NCBI GenBank assembly: GCA_023245415.1
Contig: JAHFKJ010000004.1
Coordinates: 2,798 to 66,797 of the forward strand
Source of the DNA: Candidatus Gottesmanbacteria bacterium
GTDB taxonomy: Bacteria > Patescibacteriota > Microgenomatia > UBA10105
Direction of reading: 5' to 3'
DNA length: 64,000 nucleotides
Part shown: one piece after another, positions 31,286-41,238 of the stretch
Position numbering within the stretch: position 1 is the first letter of the stretch
Layout: every line of letters begins with the position of its first letter
Notes under the pieces: model-generated
Told to the model about the DNA's origin: nothing
What the model saw: only the letters and a program-made list of their open reading frames with translations
Databases searched by the model: none
Position numbers and translations under genes: made by a program

Positions 31286-31855
31286 TTAGCTTTTAGCAAT
31301 TGAGCTCATCCATTTGACAAATCGCTGTTCCTGGTTCAAATTACCTATCCAAGGTACTTTTAAAACTCTCGGATCGTTGAATGCTGATCCCCCTCTAAAT
31401 CCATTTACCTGTTCTGATACAGCAATAAAACCATGCTTATATCCATGGGGGCGTAAACGATAATAATCTACTCGAGCGGCTTGTCCTATACTTAAGGTTG
31501 GCTCATTTGAATACTTTTTAGTGGGAATGTGTACTACTCCTACAGCCTGACTAAATGAATCGGTAAATCCAATAGTATTTCTATCGAGGTTCACTAGTAC
31601 GAGCGCGTTATGATTTTCAAACACCTGTTGAATTACTCGAGTATTTGGAACATATTTGACAATATCCCATTCCCTTAGTTTACCAAGCACTGTCAGAGTA
31701 TTATGTTGTTGTCCCATTGTCTCATCCGCTCGATCAAACCCAAATGATTCCAAATAGTCTGAAATTTGTTCCTCAAAATTTAATTCGGCAAAATCAACCT
31801 CAACACCAGTTTGACCTTGTGGTGGCGAAATTTCTGTTCCGTCTTCACTTAGCAT
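31286..31855 (-). CDS. Hypothetical protein
   Basis: ORF; likely start ATG 31855. Confidence 0.55.
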   Translation of the reverse strand: MLSEDGTEISPPQGQTGVEVDFAELNFEEQISDYLESFGFDRADETMGQQHNTLTVLGKLREWDIVKYVPNTRVIQQVFENHNALVLVNLDRNTIGFTDSFSQAVGVVHIPTKKYSNEPTLSIGQAARVDYYRLRPHGYKHGFIAVSEQVNGFRGGSAFNDPRVLKVPWIGNLNQEQRFVKWMSSIAKS

Positions 31856-32048
31856 GGTTAAATTGCACCACACTTCAGTTTGAGTTAGTTTTGATGCTAC
31901 TTTGCACCCCTGGTAGGATTCTCTTCGGCTATTTCAGCTCTCATTGAACTTGCCGAAGTGCTCCCCCTAAAGGACTTTCTGCAACTACAAGTTAGAGTTT
32001 GATTTAAGTTTAAACTAAAATCAAAATGGTCTTTGAAACGGTTCAACT

Positions 32049-33239
32049 TCAGCCAGCCTTAGTCTGATTAAATCTCTTAAAAGCGAACAAAATCATTAGT
32101 AATAATCCAAGAATTAAGGCATTAAACTGCAAAGCTATCCTAATTCCAAAACGGTCGCTTATCATACCCAAAAACGGAATAAATAAGGCATAAATCAATC
32201 TTCTGACTAAACTTTGAAACGACAAAATAGTCGCAGCCCTTTCTGGGGGAATTAAAGTTAAAGTCTTTCCACTTATTAAAGTTTGGTTTACAACAACAAT
32301 CATACTAAATATTGAAAACAATGGAATAACAAAGATACTTGGAAACGCCCCCAAAATAAACATTGAAAATATAGCAAGTAAACCAATAACAACAAAAGCT
32401 TTATCTTTTAACCACAAATCAATCTTATAAGTTAAAAATTTTGAACAATAAGCGGAAAACAAACTGAAAGAGGCAAAAATAAAACCAAAATATACAATCG
32501 GAACTTTAAGCATCTGGAAATAGGGTTGGGGAAACCAATAAGCCGCAAATACCAAAGAGTTAATTGTAGCAAAATATAAAGTGAGCCAGAGAACTTTGCT
32601 ATTTGATTTTACTATCTGAACACTTTCTTTGATTATTCGAAGATAATTTGTTTTTTCTTCCCTTGGCAATTCATTCTCGGTATTTGAAAACGAGAAACCA
32701 ACTATTAATGCTATAAAAGTTGAAATGCCTGTTGCAATAAGAGTTAAACCCAACGAGACTGAACCAATAAATCCACCACCGATATTCCCCAGCGCTTGAA
32801 AGATTTGACTTAGCGCTCTAACTCCACCCTCTGTTTTATTGAAATCCTTATCTTTACCAAGAGATTTTAGGGTTTGATGGATAAAAGCCCTATCTGCACC
32901 AGAAATAAAAGCCATACCTGCAGCTATAGTCAATTCTCCAATAGCAAACTGCCAAAAATGGGAACTTAAACCATACCAAAATAGACCAATACTAAAAAAT
33001 AGTGAGCCGAAAATCAGACTTATCTTTTTACCGAAATAGTCAGCAAAACCGCCTGTTGGCAATTCCAATATCAATGCTCCAATAGCATAAATTGATTGCA
33101 AAGTAAAAATTTGGGTCATATTCAAACCCTTTGACTGCCAAAAAAGAACAATAACTGGAAAAAAGAAGGCAAGGCTGTTAAACGCCTCAAACAAGTAGTA
33201 TTTCTTTATGTTACCCTCCAAACGAGCGTCATTGTCCAT
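32049..33239 (-). CDS. MFS transporter
   Basis: About 12 TMs; ELPTGGFADYFGKK; SGADRA; SDRFG. Confidence 0.9.
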   Translation of the reverse strand: MDNDARLEGNIKKYYLFEAFNSLAFFFPVIVLFWQSKGLNMTQIFTLQSIYAIGALILELPTGGFADYFGKKISLIFGSLFFSIGLFWYGLSSHFWQFAIGELTIAAGMAFISGADRAFIHQTLKSLGKDKDFNKTEGGVRALSQIFQALGNIGGGFIGSVSLGLTLIATGISTFIALIVGFSFSNTENELPREEKTNYLRIIKESVQIVKSNSKVLWLTLYFATINSLVFAAYWFPQPYFQMLKVPIVYFGFIFASFSLFSAYCSKFLTYKIDLWLKDKAFVVIGLLAIFSMFILGAFPSIFVIPLFSIFSMIVVVNQTLISGKTLTLIPPERAATILSFQSLVRRLIYALFIPFLGMISDRFGIRIALQFNALILGLLLMILFAFKRFNQTKAG

Positions 33240-33516
33240 ACTTCTAATTATAACTTAATGTTAAATAATGAAAAAATAGAGATATAACGAAGTTTTCCTG
33301 AAAAAGTAATGTCTATGATATATGAAGAAAAACTTGCAAACGTAGTCTTCAAACTAAAAAAAAGAAAGAAAAATTACAAGAAAGGGTTACAAATTATCCA
33401 AACGGTTTTTGAAACCTTTGACATTCAACCGGTATACGCCTAAAGATTGGTTACCGAATTAACCAACTGTATAGGCACTTTATGCTAGAATGCCCACAGC
33501 TTAATATAATCACTTT

Positions 33517-34107
33517 ATGTCAATGTCAAAACTTATTTACTCGCTAATTACCTCTCTTGATGGCTATATGGCGCCGGCGGACGAAAGTGGAACATGGGCT
33601 AAGCCAAACAAGGAAGTGGACGCTTTTATGGGTGACTTAAAACGACCAATCGGCACCTATCCATATGGACGAAAAATGTACGAGACTTTGGTCGATTGGA
33701 GTACTATGAATTTAGAGAATGAACCAGGTGTTACAGGAGACCACGTTCAAACTTGGAAGACAGCCGACAAAATAGTTTACTCGAAAACGCTCGATAAAGT
33801 ATCGAGTTCTAAAACGTTTATAAAAACGAACTTTGAGCCAGAAGATATTAAACGACGAAAACAAAGCTCGACTAGCGATCTAAGCATAGGTGGTCCTCAT
33901 ATTGCTGCTGAGGCTATAAAAGCTGGCTTTATTGACGAATATCACCAATTTATAGCACCTGTCACAATAGGGTCAGGTAATGCTTGGTTACCTGATAATG
34001 TTCGCGTAAACCTTGAACTAGTTAACCAAAAACGATTCCCGAACGGCTTTATATATCTTCGCTATCAAGTCATATACAATCATATACAAGGACGGTCCTC
34101 AAACTAG
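33517..34107 (+). CDS. RibD C-terminal/DHFR-family protein; its 3' end reads into repeat A
   Basis: TSLDGY, GRKMYE, IGGPHIA, IDEY; ends QGRSSN encoded by repeat A. Confidence 0.85.
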   Translation: MSMSKLIYSLITSLDGYMAPADESGTWAKPNKEVDAFMGDLKRPIGTYPYGRKMYETLVDWSTMNLENEPGVTGDHVQTWKTADKIVYSKTLDKVSSSKTFIKTNFEPEDIKRRKQSSTSDLSIGGPHIAAEAIKAGFIDEYHQFIAPVTIGSGNAWLPDNVRVNLELVNQKRFPNGFIYLRYQVIYNHIQGRSSN

Positions 34108-34190
34108 TTACCACAACAACCTAAACAAAGCATAGTTTTATTAACTGCCTCTTTAGTTGATATGTTCAGAAACAGAAAGATTGAAATTTG
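34090..34190 (+). repeat. Boundary repeat arm A, copy 2, plus tail
   Basis: GGACGGTCCTCAAACTAGTTACCACAACAACCTAAACAAAGCATAGTTTTATTAACTGCC then ..GTTGATATGTTCAGAAAC. Confidence 0.8.
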
Positions 34191-34211
34191 TATTGCAAAC
34201 CAAGATATAAC

Positions 34212-34598
34212 CTAATCTAATTGAACAATTTGTATAAGGTTACCGCATGTATCATTAAATACAGCGATCGTTGATCCCGTAACTTTTGTTGGTTGCATCG
34301 TAAACCCCACACCCAGCTCTTTTAGTCTTTCATATTCTTTTTGAATATCTTCAACAAAAAATTGTGTAGCTGGTATACCTTGCGTCAAAATAGATTCTTG
34401 AAATTGCTTTGCCGCTGGATTTACGTTTGGCTCCAGAAGAAGCTCGGTTCCATTTTGTTCGTCAGGTGAGACAACCGTTAACCATCTGTAGTCCCCAACA
34501 GATATATCCTTTTTTTTCACAAAACCTAAAATCTCTGTATAAAATTTCAGAGCTTTCTCTTGTTCGTTTACAAATACACTCGTTATCTTTATTTTCAC
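34212..34598 (-). CDS. VOC/glyoxalase-family protein
   Basis: ALKFYTEILGF...WLTV...DTCGNLIQ. Confidence 0.9.
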   Translation of the reverse strand: MKIKITSVFVNEQEKALKFYTEILGFVKKKDISVGDYRWLTVVSPDEQNGTELLLEPNVNPAAKQFQESILTQGIPATQFFVEDIQKEYERLKELGVGFTMQPTKVTGSTIAVFNDTCGNLIQIVQLD

Positions 34599-34702
34599 AC
34601 AATGATTATATCATGACGTTCCGCTGCGCGTGATGAAAAATATGAGTACATATTTTATTTCAAATTGACTTCAACTTCATACGTATGTATAATACATTTA
34701 TA

Positions 34703-34948
34703 ATGAAAACAATGACATGTAAACAACTATATGGACCATGTGATTCCCTGATCCATGGCGAAACCGCAGAAGAAATGATGGAGAATAGTAAAAAACATGC
34801 AATGGATATGGTTGCCAAAGGAGACCAGGTACATGGTAACGCAATTAAGGAAATGGGTGAAATGCACAAAAACATGGATGAAGCAGCGGTGAAACAGTGG
34901 ATGGAAAAGTTTCAAAAAGACTTCGACGCAATACCAGAAGACAAATAA
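34703..34948 (+). CDS. DUF1059-like protein
   Basis: MKTMTCKQL.GPC...H. Confidence 0.65.
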   Translation: MKTMTCKQLYGPCDSLIHGETAEEMMENSKKHAMDMVAKGDQVHGNAIKEMGEMHKNMDEAAVKQWMEKFQKDFDAIPEDK

Positions 34949-35020
34949 CTTTCTTCGCTCAACTACCACAAGTTACCGAACAATTCCTAATTTCTATTTA
35001 CCTCTTTTTTAGGTTCTCAT

Positions 35021-35095
35021 GTCCAACTCTTGGTATTGAATTTTCAAGATTAAAATATCTGGCTCCACTTGGTGGAGGAAGTAACTTCAGAATTA
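35021..35095 (+). repeat. Boundary repeat arm B, copy 2
   Basis: GTCCAACTCTTGGTATTGAATTTTCAAGATTAAAATATCTGGCTCCAC. Confidence 0.7.
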
Positions 35096-35710
35096 TCCTA
35101 TTTTGATGGGTTCTGACGGTTCGTATGTTGCAATTATTACTCCGGTTGAGGTGATTTTTGTGTCAACCGCTTTAAACAGCTGCGGCTGTGTGCCGTTTGC
35201 GAACAATTTCTTGCCGGTGCCCAACGTCACCGGAAATGTCCAGATGTGCATTCGATCTATCAGATGATGTTGTAGGAGCGTTTGTATAAGATTGCCACTA
35301 CCCCATACCCAGAGATCAGGACCTGTGCCAGCTGGCGGATTAGTTTTCAGCTTTTTTATTTCCGCCACTATATCTCCCGTAATGAGCACTGAATTGTTCC
35401 AAGAAAGTTTCAAGGGTTTATGTGAAACAACGTACTTGCGCGTAGCGTTCCACGGTTTGGCTATGTGAGGTGCTTGTGTGTCAGTCGGCCAATAACCAGC
35501 AAAGATTTCGTAGGTGCGCCTTCCCAAGAGCAGCTCAAAAGGAGTGGTCATAAAATCATTTATTATCTTGCTCGACACTTCGTCTTCATAGTCTCCGCCT
35601 AACTGCCAACCTCCGTATGTAAAACCGTTTGATGTATCTTCCTGGGGTCCTCCCGGAGCTTGCATCACGCCGTCAAGAGTCATGAATGTCGTAGTGACGA
35701 TCTTTCTCAT
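35093..35710 (-). CDS. RibD C-terminal/DHFR-family protein (type A')
   Basis: Paralog of 25755-26426 without the 48-bp insertion. Confidence 0.9.
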   Translation of the reverse strand: MRKIVTTTFMTLDGVMQAPGGPQEDTSNGFTYGGWQLGGDYEDEVSSKIINDFMTTPFELLLGRRTYEIFAGYWPTDTQAPHIAKPWNATRKYVVSHKPLKLSWNNSVLITGDIVAEIKKLKTNPPAGTGPDLWVWGSGNLIQTLLQHHLIDRMHIWTFPVTLGTGKKLFANGTQPQLFKAVDTKITSTGVIIATYEPSEPIKIG

Positions 35711-35913
35711 ATGGACTTTTTTAGTCTACCAAATCTTAAATCAAAATACCTAACCTTTGATGGCTCGGCCTGACGGGTCAAAATAATTCTAGTTTTCATC
35801 AGTTAATTATACCAAAGTTCGAACGCTATTAAGGACGCACAATTGACCGCTAAAAAGCTCTGTGATAATCTTACTTACTATCAAATAGATAGTAAAATCA
35901 CCAGAACAATAAT

Positions 35914-36243
35914 ATGGGCGACCGCACTTTATATCACAACAAATATCAAAAAAAATACGGACTGAAAAAAAATGGCAGATTATTCTTTATGAAATGTGTT
36001 GGAGTTGCTTTCATTATTGTCGGTATTCTATCATTTGCTTTAGTGGTTTTGGTGGGTAGTCTATTTTTCCCAATCGGTCCTGATGGATTATCGCCACAAG
36101 ATGCTGTGATACAAAGGATAATGAGCAATTTGGAAATACTCAGTGGAGTTAGCTTCGTCGCTGGATTTTCCATCACCTGTCTGGGTTTTATTGTAGGTGT
36201 TTATAGATCTTCTTTAAAGTCAACGGGCCACTCCACCGGCTGA
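35914..36243 (+). CDS. Small two-TM membrane protein
   Basis: Two hydrophobic segments. Confidence 0.55.
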   Translation: MGDRTLYHNKYQKKYGLKKNGRLFFMKCVGVAFIIVGILSFALVVLVGSLFFPIGPDGLSPQDAVIQRIMSNLEILSGVSFVAGFSITCLGFIVGVYRSSLKSTGHSTG

Positions 36244-36257
36244 AGCGGGTGGTCTAG

Positions 36258-36355
36258 GGACGGTCCTCAAACTAACCTTTACAACAATCTAAATAGCATA
36301 ATTCTATTGGCTTCCCCACTTTGCAGATGTGTTCAGGTACCGAGAAATAGAGTTT
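36258..36355 (+). repeat. Boundary repeat arm A, copy 3, plus tail
   Basis: GGACGGTCCTCAAACTAACCTTTACAACAATCTAAATAGCATAATTCTATTGGCTTCCCC..GATGTGTTCAGG. Confidence 0.85.
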
Positions 36356-36407
36356 AGAATGCGACCCGCTTATGCAACTATTTGACAATTTGAAGCTCCC
36401 CAAGAAT

Positions 36408-36779
36408 CTATGAACCCCGAAAAATCTTCTCCATCTTCCTACCCTTTGCCAACTCGTCCACCAGCTTATCCAGATACCGAACCTTCTGCGTCAACGGATT
36501 CTCGATTTCTTCTATGCGATATCCACAAATTACTCCGGTGATGAGACGTGCATTGGGGTTAAGCGTTGCCTGTTGGAAGAATCTTTCAAAAGTAGCATTT
36601 TCTTTTATTAGTTCCCGCAGATTCTTGTTGTCGAAGCCAGTTAGCCACTCTATTACTTGATTCAATTCTTCTTTTGTTCTCCCTTTCTTCTCCACCTTTA
36701 CGACATACATGGGATAGACCGAGGCGATGGTCATATTTGCGATCCGTTGATTGTGCGTGTTGGAATTATTCATATTCAT
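36408..36779 (-). CDS. DUF2200 protein
   Basis: VYP.Y..KVEKKGRT..E...WLTG...ITGVICG.R.E...RYLDKLVDELAKG. Confidence 0.85.
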   Translation of the reverse strand: MNMNNSNTHNQRIANMTIASVYPMYVVKVEKKGRTKEELNQVIEWLTGFDNKNLRELIKENATFERFFQQATLNPNARLITGVICGYRIEEIENPLTQKVRYLDKLVDELAKGRKMEKIFRGS

Positions 36780-37336
36780 TTAACCAACCTAAAAGTCATA
36801 CTTGTTCTAACAGGGGTAGTTTCTTCTATTTTAGTTCTTTCAAGCTTTATCTTATCTGTGTCTATATTTTCAAATAGTTTTAGTCCTTTTCCAAGAAGAA
36901 CAGGCATAATATCTATCTGTAATTCATCACATAACCCCGCATTGAGGCATTGCTGAACGGTGCTTGCGCCGCCTATTACCTGAACATCTTTGTCACTCGC
37001 TGTTTTCTTTGCCTGAGAAATAGCACTCTCAATACCATCAGTTACAAAGGTGAAGGTAAGTCTGTCATTTCCTTTGGGATACTTTGCTGGAGGTGTATGT
37101 GTCAAGACAAAAATGGGAGTTTGAAATTCATAAGTCTCGTTAGCCCACATAAATGGGTCTGCCATCTCATACACATGTCTTCCCATAATAGCAGCGCCTG
37201 TGTTTTTAATCATTTCCTGAAAAGTTGGAGCATCATGTAGTTCACTAAAATCTGAATAAAGCTTTTCTACACTTCCTTTGGAATCGTTAATGTATCCATC
37301 CAAAGACATACTCATTCCAGCAATTACTTTTCCCAT
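36776..37336 (-). CDS. RibD C-terminal/DHFR-family protein (type B')
   Basis: Near-identical to 26488-27045. Confidence 0.9.
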   Translation of the reverse strand: MGKVIAGMSMSLDGYINDSKGSVEKLYSDFSELHDAPTFQEMIKNTGAAIMGRHVYEMADPFMWANETYEFQTPIFVLTHTPPAKYPKGNDRLTFTFVTDGIESAISQAKKTASDKDVQVIGGASTVQQCLNAGLCDELQIDIMPVLLGKGLKLFENIDTDKIKLERTKIEETTPVRTSMTFRLVK

Positions 37337-37349
37337 GATGAAATTATAA

Positions 37350-37432
37350 CAGAAGTTTCGAACGATCCAAAAAAGGGTATTAAAAAATGAGACTAATTAT
37401 ATTGGCTTCTCGTCGTAGAACAAATCAGGAAC
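37350..37432 (+). repeat. Boundary repeat arm B, copy 3
   Basis: GTTTCGAACGATCCAAAAAAGGGTATTAAAAAATGAGACTAATTATATTGGCTTCTC. Confidence 0.8.
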
Positions 37433-37791
37433 TGCTTTGTTTCTTTATAAAGTGAATCAGAGTGAAATAAAGAACTACAAAAATGAGTAAACCTGCAGAA
37501 ATATCGAAAGCTGAAAAGTAACGAATCGGAGATGTAATTCCCATATTTTCTAATATGACGGTCCATTCTTCAACAATAATACCAAAACCAATAGAAATAA
37601 GGTATTTAGATTGAGGAGGTTTTCTAAAGATGAAGCCTAACACTATGAGAAGAAAGCCTAAAAGGTAGTGATGAAAAGTCAGTTTGGTTTCAATAATCGC
37701 TGTGGTTATCTTTGGAGTATGGGAAAAAAAAGAGTATTGTAAATAAATTATTGCCCGAGTGGTAAAAGTTGATCTAATCTTTTTCTTTCAT
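37425..37791 (-). pseudogene. Probably degraded membrane-protein gene
   Basis: Open hydrophobic frame extends upstream of ORF 37425-37643 (FHHYLLG), but ATG 37791 is out of frame. Confidence 0.4.
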
Positions 37792-37817
37792 GAGGGTAGT
37801 ATATCAAAGGTGCAAAT

Positions 37818-37990
37818 GTCCAACTCGGGATGAAGAAAATTCAAGGCTAATTTTATTGACTCCCCGCACCTGAGGAAGTCATAACCGCGGATTTCATGCC
37901 TATTATACAAGCCTTTCAGCATGTGGGATACAGAGGAGAGTTGCTGCAAAGGTGGGTGGAGATAAAGAAACTGCAAACCTATCTTTTGCA
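37818..37990 (+). repeat. Arm B copy 4 plus ~130-bp tail; direct repeat of 39063-39205
   Basis: ..GACTCCCCGCACCTGAGGAAGTCATAACCGCGGATTTCATGCCTATTATACAAGCCTTTCAGCATGTGGGATACAGAGGAGA.. Confidence 0.85.
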
Positions 37991-38001
37991 GTAAGATATG
38001 A

Positions 38002-38268
38002 TTACTGTTTTTTTAATATAGCCAAAGTAGCCTCAACAGAAGGATTATTGATGTTATCCAATCTAACCCTCTCTTTAAATTTCTGATGAAGCGGAGTTAA
38101 AAATTCGTCTGCCCAAGAAGGGGTTAATACTATAACACCAGTAAAATCCACAATAACTTCTTCTTCTGTAGATATCTGGCCTAGCACCGGTTGAAATGCT
38201 AACCACGCTTCTTTTCCTGAAGGACGTGATACTAAAGTTGTACCGAATTTCTTTAATTGTATGGTCAT
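38002..38268 (-). CDS. DUF4325 STAS-like protein
   Basis: L.SRPSG...VDF.GV..LTPSWADEF. Confidence 0.8.
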   Translation of the reverse strand: MTIQLKKFGTTLVSRPSGKEAWLAFQPVLGQISTEEEVIVDFTGVIVLTPSWADEFLTPLHQKFKERVRLDNINNPSVEATLAILKKQ

Positions 38269-39005
38269 GCTACTGCTTCAAAATGAATTATAGCCAAACA
38301 CCCGCTTATTGAAGTTTTTGCTTGATGTATTGCTAAATCATCATCACCTTGTTTTAAGTATAAATCGGCATTACCAGTTTGGTAATAGAGTGTAAAGGGA
38401 TTTTTTACAATAATTGATCGAACGAATTTTAAGCCGTTTCCTCTTGCTTCTGGATACCGACCAGAAATAGTTTCTGTAAAAGCAACTTTTATAGCTTCAT
38501 CTGAACTTTTCAAATTCGTACGCACTCTCTTTAATGTAGTAAGTATACCTTGTCCACGATCTGCTAATGCTACTTTCCTGTTTCGAATACTGTATGCGAA
38601 AAAGATACCAGGTATATCGGGCCAGTTTCCTAAATTATGATCGAAAGAATTATTCCCAATCTCTCCAGCAACGGCAGTAATAAGTGAAACAATCTCAATT
38701 GGAGCTACACTGCTTAGTTTTGATTGAAATTTCTCAAGTCTTGCTTGAAATACGTCACGAGATTGACAATACATATCGGGATTAGGTTCCGATGCTTGAA
38801 CTACTTCTACCCAATTCCGAGCAATAATGTCGACCTCTAACAAGAAATGATCAATATCTGACTGACGATAAAATCTATGACCTCGAGGACCACTACGAAA
38901 CGTAGGTAAACGACCAGCAAAATCCCATCTTCTCAGGGTATCTATTGAGACGTTAAGTAGTACGGCAACCTCACCAATGGACAAAAGCTTATCTTGCATC
39001 ATCAT
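38265..39005 (-). CDS. MerR/excisionase-type HTH fused to a HATPase (anti-sigma kinase-like) domain
   Basis: LLSIGEVA..L.VS..TLRRWD..G...GHRFY; EIGNNSFDH, DRGQG, RGNGL. Confidence 0.85.
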   Translation of the reverse strand: MMMQDKLLSIGEVAVLLNVSIDTLRRWDFAGRLPTFRSGPRGHRFYRQSDIDHFLLEVDIIARNWVEVVQASEPNPDMYCQSRDVFQARLEKFQSKLSSVAPIEIVSLITAVAGEIGNNSFDHNLGNWPDIPGIFFAYSIRNRKVALADRGQGILTTLKRVRTNLKSSDEAIKVAFTETISGRYPEARGNGLKFVRSIIVKNPFTLYYQTGNADLYLKQGDDDLAIHQAKTSISGCLAIIHFEAVA

Positions 39006-39010
39006 ATGAG

Positions 39011-39053
39011 CAAATCTATGCAAATTATACCAAATCTATGCAAATCTATGCAA
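39011..39053. promoter_or_regulatory. 10-bp-periodic direct repeats upstream of the MerR-HTH gene
   Basis: CAAATCTATG CAAATTATAC CAAATCTATG CAAATCTATG CAA. Confidence 0.65.
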
Positions 39054-39062
39054 GCACTTAAT

Positions 39063-39205
39063 TTTGAGGCTAAAATGATAGTGTTCCCCGCGCTTGACGA
39101 CGTCATAACCACGGATTTCATACCTACTATACAAACCTTTCAGCATGTAGGATACAGAGGAGAAATGCGGCAAAGGTAGATTAAAGTTTAGAAATTACAA
39201 ACCTC
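39063..39205 (+). repeat. Partial arm B plus tail; direct repeat of 37840-37990
   Basis: GAGGCTAA..GTTCCCCGCGCTTGACGACGTCATAACCACGGATTTCATACCTACTATACAAACCTTTCAGCATGTAGGATACAGAGGAGA. Confidence 0.85.
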
Positions 39206-39275
39206 TCATCCATTTACTCAAATCGATCAATAGAAACTGCATCAATGGATATTTTGTCATAAGGATATGATCCAA

Positions 39276-39293
39276 GGACGGTCCTCAAACTAA
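39276..39293 (+). repeat. Boundary repeat arm A, copy 4 (truncated)
   Basis: GGACGGTCCTCAAACTAA. Confidence 0.75.
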
Positions 39294-39392
39294 TTGTTCC
39301 TAATGCGCTTGAAAGAAACTGAGTTAAAAATTCCCTGTTGAAAAAGAAATTGAATACTAATTGCAACATATGAAAATTAGTATAATGCCATT

Positions 39393-39681
39393 ATGGCACT
39401 AAAACAACAACTTTTTGTCCGTAAATATTTGGAATTCAGGAATGCAACAAAAGCGGCTCTTTAGATTTATGATGTAAAAAACACCAACCCTGCTGGTGCG
39501 ATAGGTTGCAATAAATTAAAAAATATTAAGATCAAAAGTGAAATAGACAGGATTCTTGAGGCTGAAGAGTCTATACTCTTAACGTACTGTTAAATTAATT
39601 AATAACGTGATGAAATATTGTTCTGGACGAGAACAGCTTAAAGCAATAGATATAGTATATAAACTATTTGGTTATTTGTAA
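39393..39681 (+). pseudogene. Terminase small-subunit-like HTH pseudogene
   Basis: MALKQQLFVRKYLEFRNATKAAL*IYDVKN...; TAG at 39462. Confidence 0.65.
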
Positions 39682-39822
39682 CCCCCCATATACCCCCTTA
39701 TATTTTAATTAAAATTCTGAATAAGTGTCTCAAAAATACGGCTAATATTTTCTGGAAAAAATGGTCTGCATTACGGTGATATAATACGGATGAAAGAGAT
39801 TTATATTTAAATTAATATTAAA

Positions 39823-41145
39823 ATGAAGACTAAATGGAAACTCACATTAACAATAATTTTTTCCTTAACCCTATTTTTCTTCTCTTTTAATGTCAGTACC
39901 TCTTTTGCTAAAGATTGGAAAATTAATAAAATAATTTCAGGTAATGTAAATCCTTCTTATTTACAATTAGTGTCTGCAAAAAATGAATACGGTTTAGTTT
40001 GGGAAGATAATCGAGAAGCTGATTTAGAACTATATTTTTCCAGGATAAACAATAGTGGAGTAAAAATTGGTCAAGAAATAAAACTGACTGATGATACAGA
40101 GCACGACGAAACACCTGCTTTAGTTTGGAATGGTAAAGATTATGCTTTATTTTGGAGTCATAGCCGCAGTCAAATATATTTCACTCAGTTTAAAGAAAAT
40201 GGAAAGAAAATCATTGATAATAAATCATTAGAAGTTCATTCAAAGGGTTATGCCATCCATGTATCAGCAGTGTGGAATGGTGAAGAATACGGTGTCGTTT
40301 GGTGGGATGTACGGGATGCACCAGCTTGTAATCCTCCTGGTACAAGAGGTAGGGCTTTTTTTGCTAGAGTTGATAAAGATGGCAACATGATTGGTGAAGA
40401 AATACCTGTAAGTGATGCTTTTAGTAATCCTTGGCAAGATTATCACCCTTTAATGGTCTGGGATGGGGAAAATTATGCAATTTTTTGGAATGATAGCCGA
40501 GAAGGTGGAGAATGTACTGGTGGAGTTGGAGATGGAAATATTTACATGGCTAAAGTAAGTAGAAATGGAGAGAAAATATTAGGTGATATAAAACTACAGA
40601 GTAACGAACCTAGTCCACAACTTTGGGATATAGAGTGGGATGGTGTGAATTACGTCATCGGATATAACGGCAGAATTGCACAAGGTCATTTAGCAAAGAT
40701 GGACACTAATGGAAATACAATTCTAGTTGATCTTCCGATCAATTCCGACAATCAAGGGGGATCACCAATGATATCAGCTTATGATGATAAATATTATATT
40801 GCTTGGAGTGATTTTAGAGATCGTACTCCTGAAACTTTTTATAACACTGAAATTTACTATACAATCACTGATAAAAATGGAAATAAATTAATACCTGAAA
40901 CAAGAATTACCTATCAAGATGATTCACAAGCAAGAAACACTAAGATAACCTTCATTAAAAAATCAAAAGGAATAGCATGGTTAGATCTTAGAAGTGGTTT
41001 ACCTGAAGTCTATTTTGCATCAGAGAGTAATTATAAAATACCTTTGCCTAGTTTTACTTTTCAAATCCTTCCAACTATTCCCACACCTCCATCAAGTCCA
41101 TCCGCCCCTCCGATTCCATCTATGCTTCCATTTCCTACTTTTTGA
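39823..41145 (+). CDS. Secreted repeat protein (beta-propeller-like) with Pro-rich tail
   Basis: Signal peptide; repeated W(N/D)G..Y...W.D.R....YF...D..G units. Confidence 0.75.
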   Translation: MKTKWKLTLTIIFSLTLFFFSFNVSTSFAKDWKINKIISGNVNPSYLQLVSAKNEYGLVWEDNREADLELYFSRINNSGVKIGQEIKLTDDTEHDETPALVWNGKDYALFWSHSRSQIYFTQFKENGKKIIDNKSLEVHSKGYAIHVSAVWNGEEYGVVWWDVRDAPACNPPGTRGRAFFARVDKDGNMIGEEIPVSDAFSNPWQDYHPLMVWDGENYAIFWNDSREGGECTGGVGDGNIYMAKVSRNGEKILGDIKLQSNEPSPQLWDIEWDGVNYVIGYNGRIAQGHLAKMDTNGNTILVDLPINSDNQGGSPMISAYDDKYYIAWSDFRDRTPETFYNTEIYYTITDKNGNKLIPETRITYQDDSQARNTKITFIKKSKGIAWLDLRSGLPEVYFASESNYKIPLPSFTFQILPTIPTPPSSPSAPPIPSMLPFPTF

Positions 41146-41238
41146 AATACGTTACCCCTACCTGATGTAATCTGCCTGCGATTCGCCGATCCGGGATCGT
41201 TTTAGATATAACAATCCAGGAAATTTATTACTTTTTAA

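Noticed and set aside
36228-36254. IS200/IS605-like end hairpin (CCAC..CTGAAGCGGGTGG)
   Set aside because: A single degenerate copy with no tnpA or tnpB in the window is insufficient to call an IS.
25755-37336. Diversity-generating retroelement template/variable repeat pair
   Set aside because: Differences between paralogs are not restricted to adenines, they span whole genes, and no reverse transcriptase is present.
25755-37336. True folA/dfr trimethoprim-resistance genes completing a folate pathway with folP
   Set aside because: Motifs (SLDG, GR.TY, PV.LG.G..LF) fit the RibD C-terminal family, and activity cannot be inferred from sequence.
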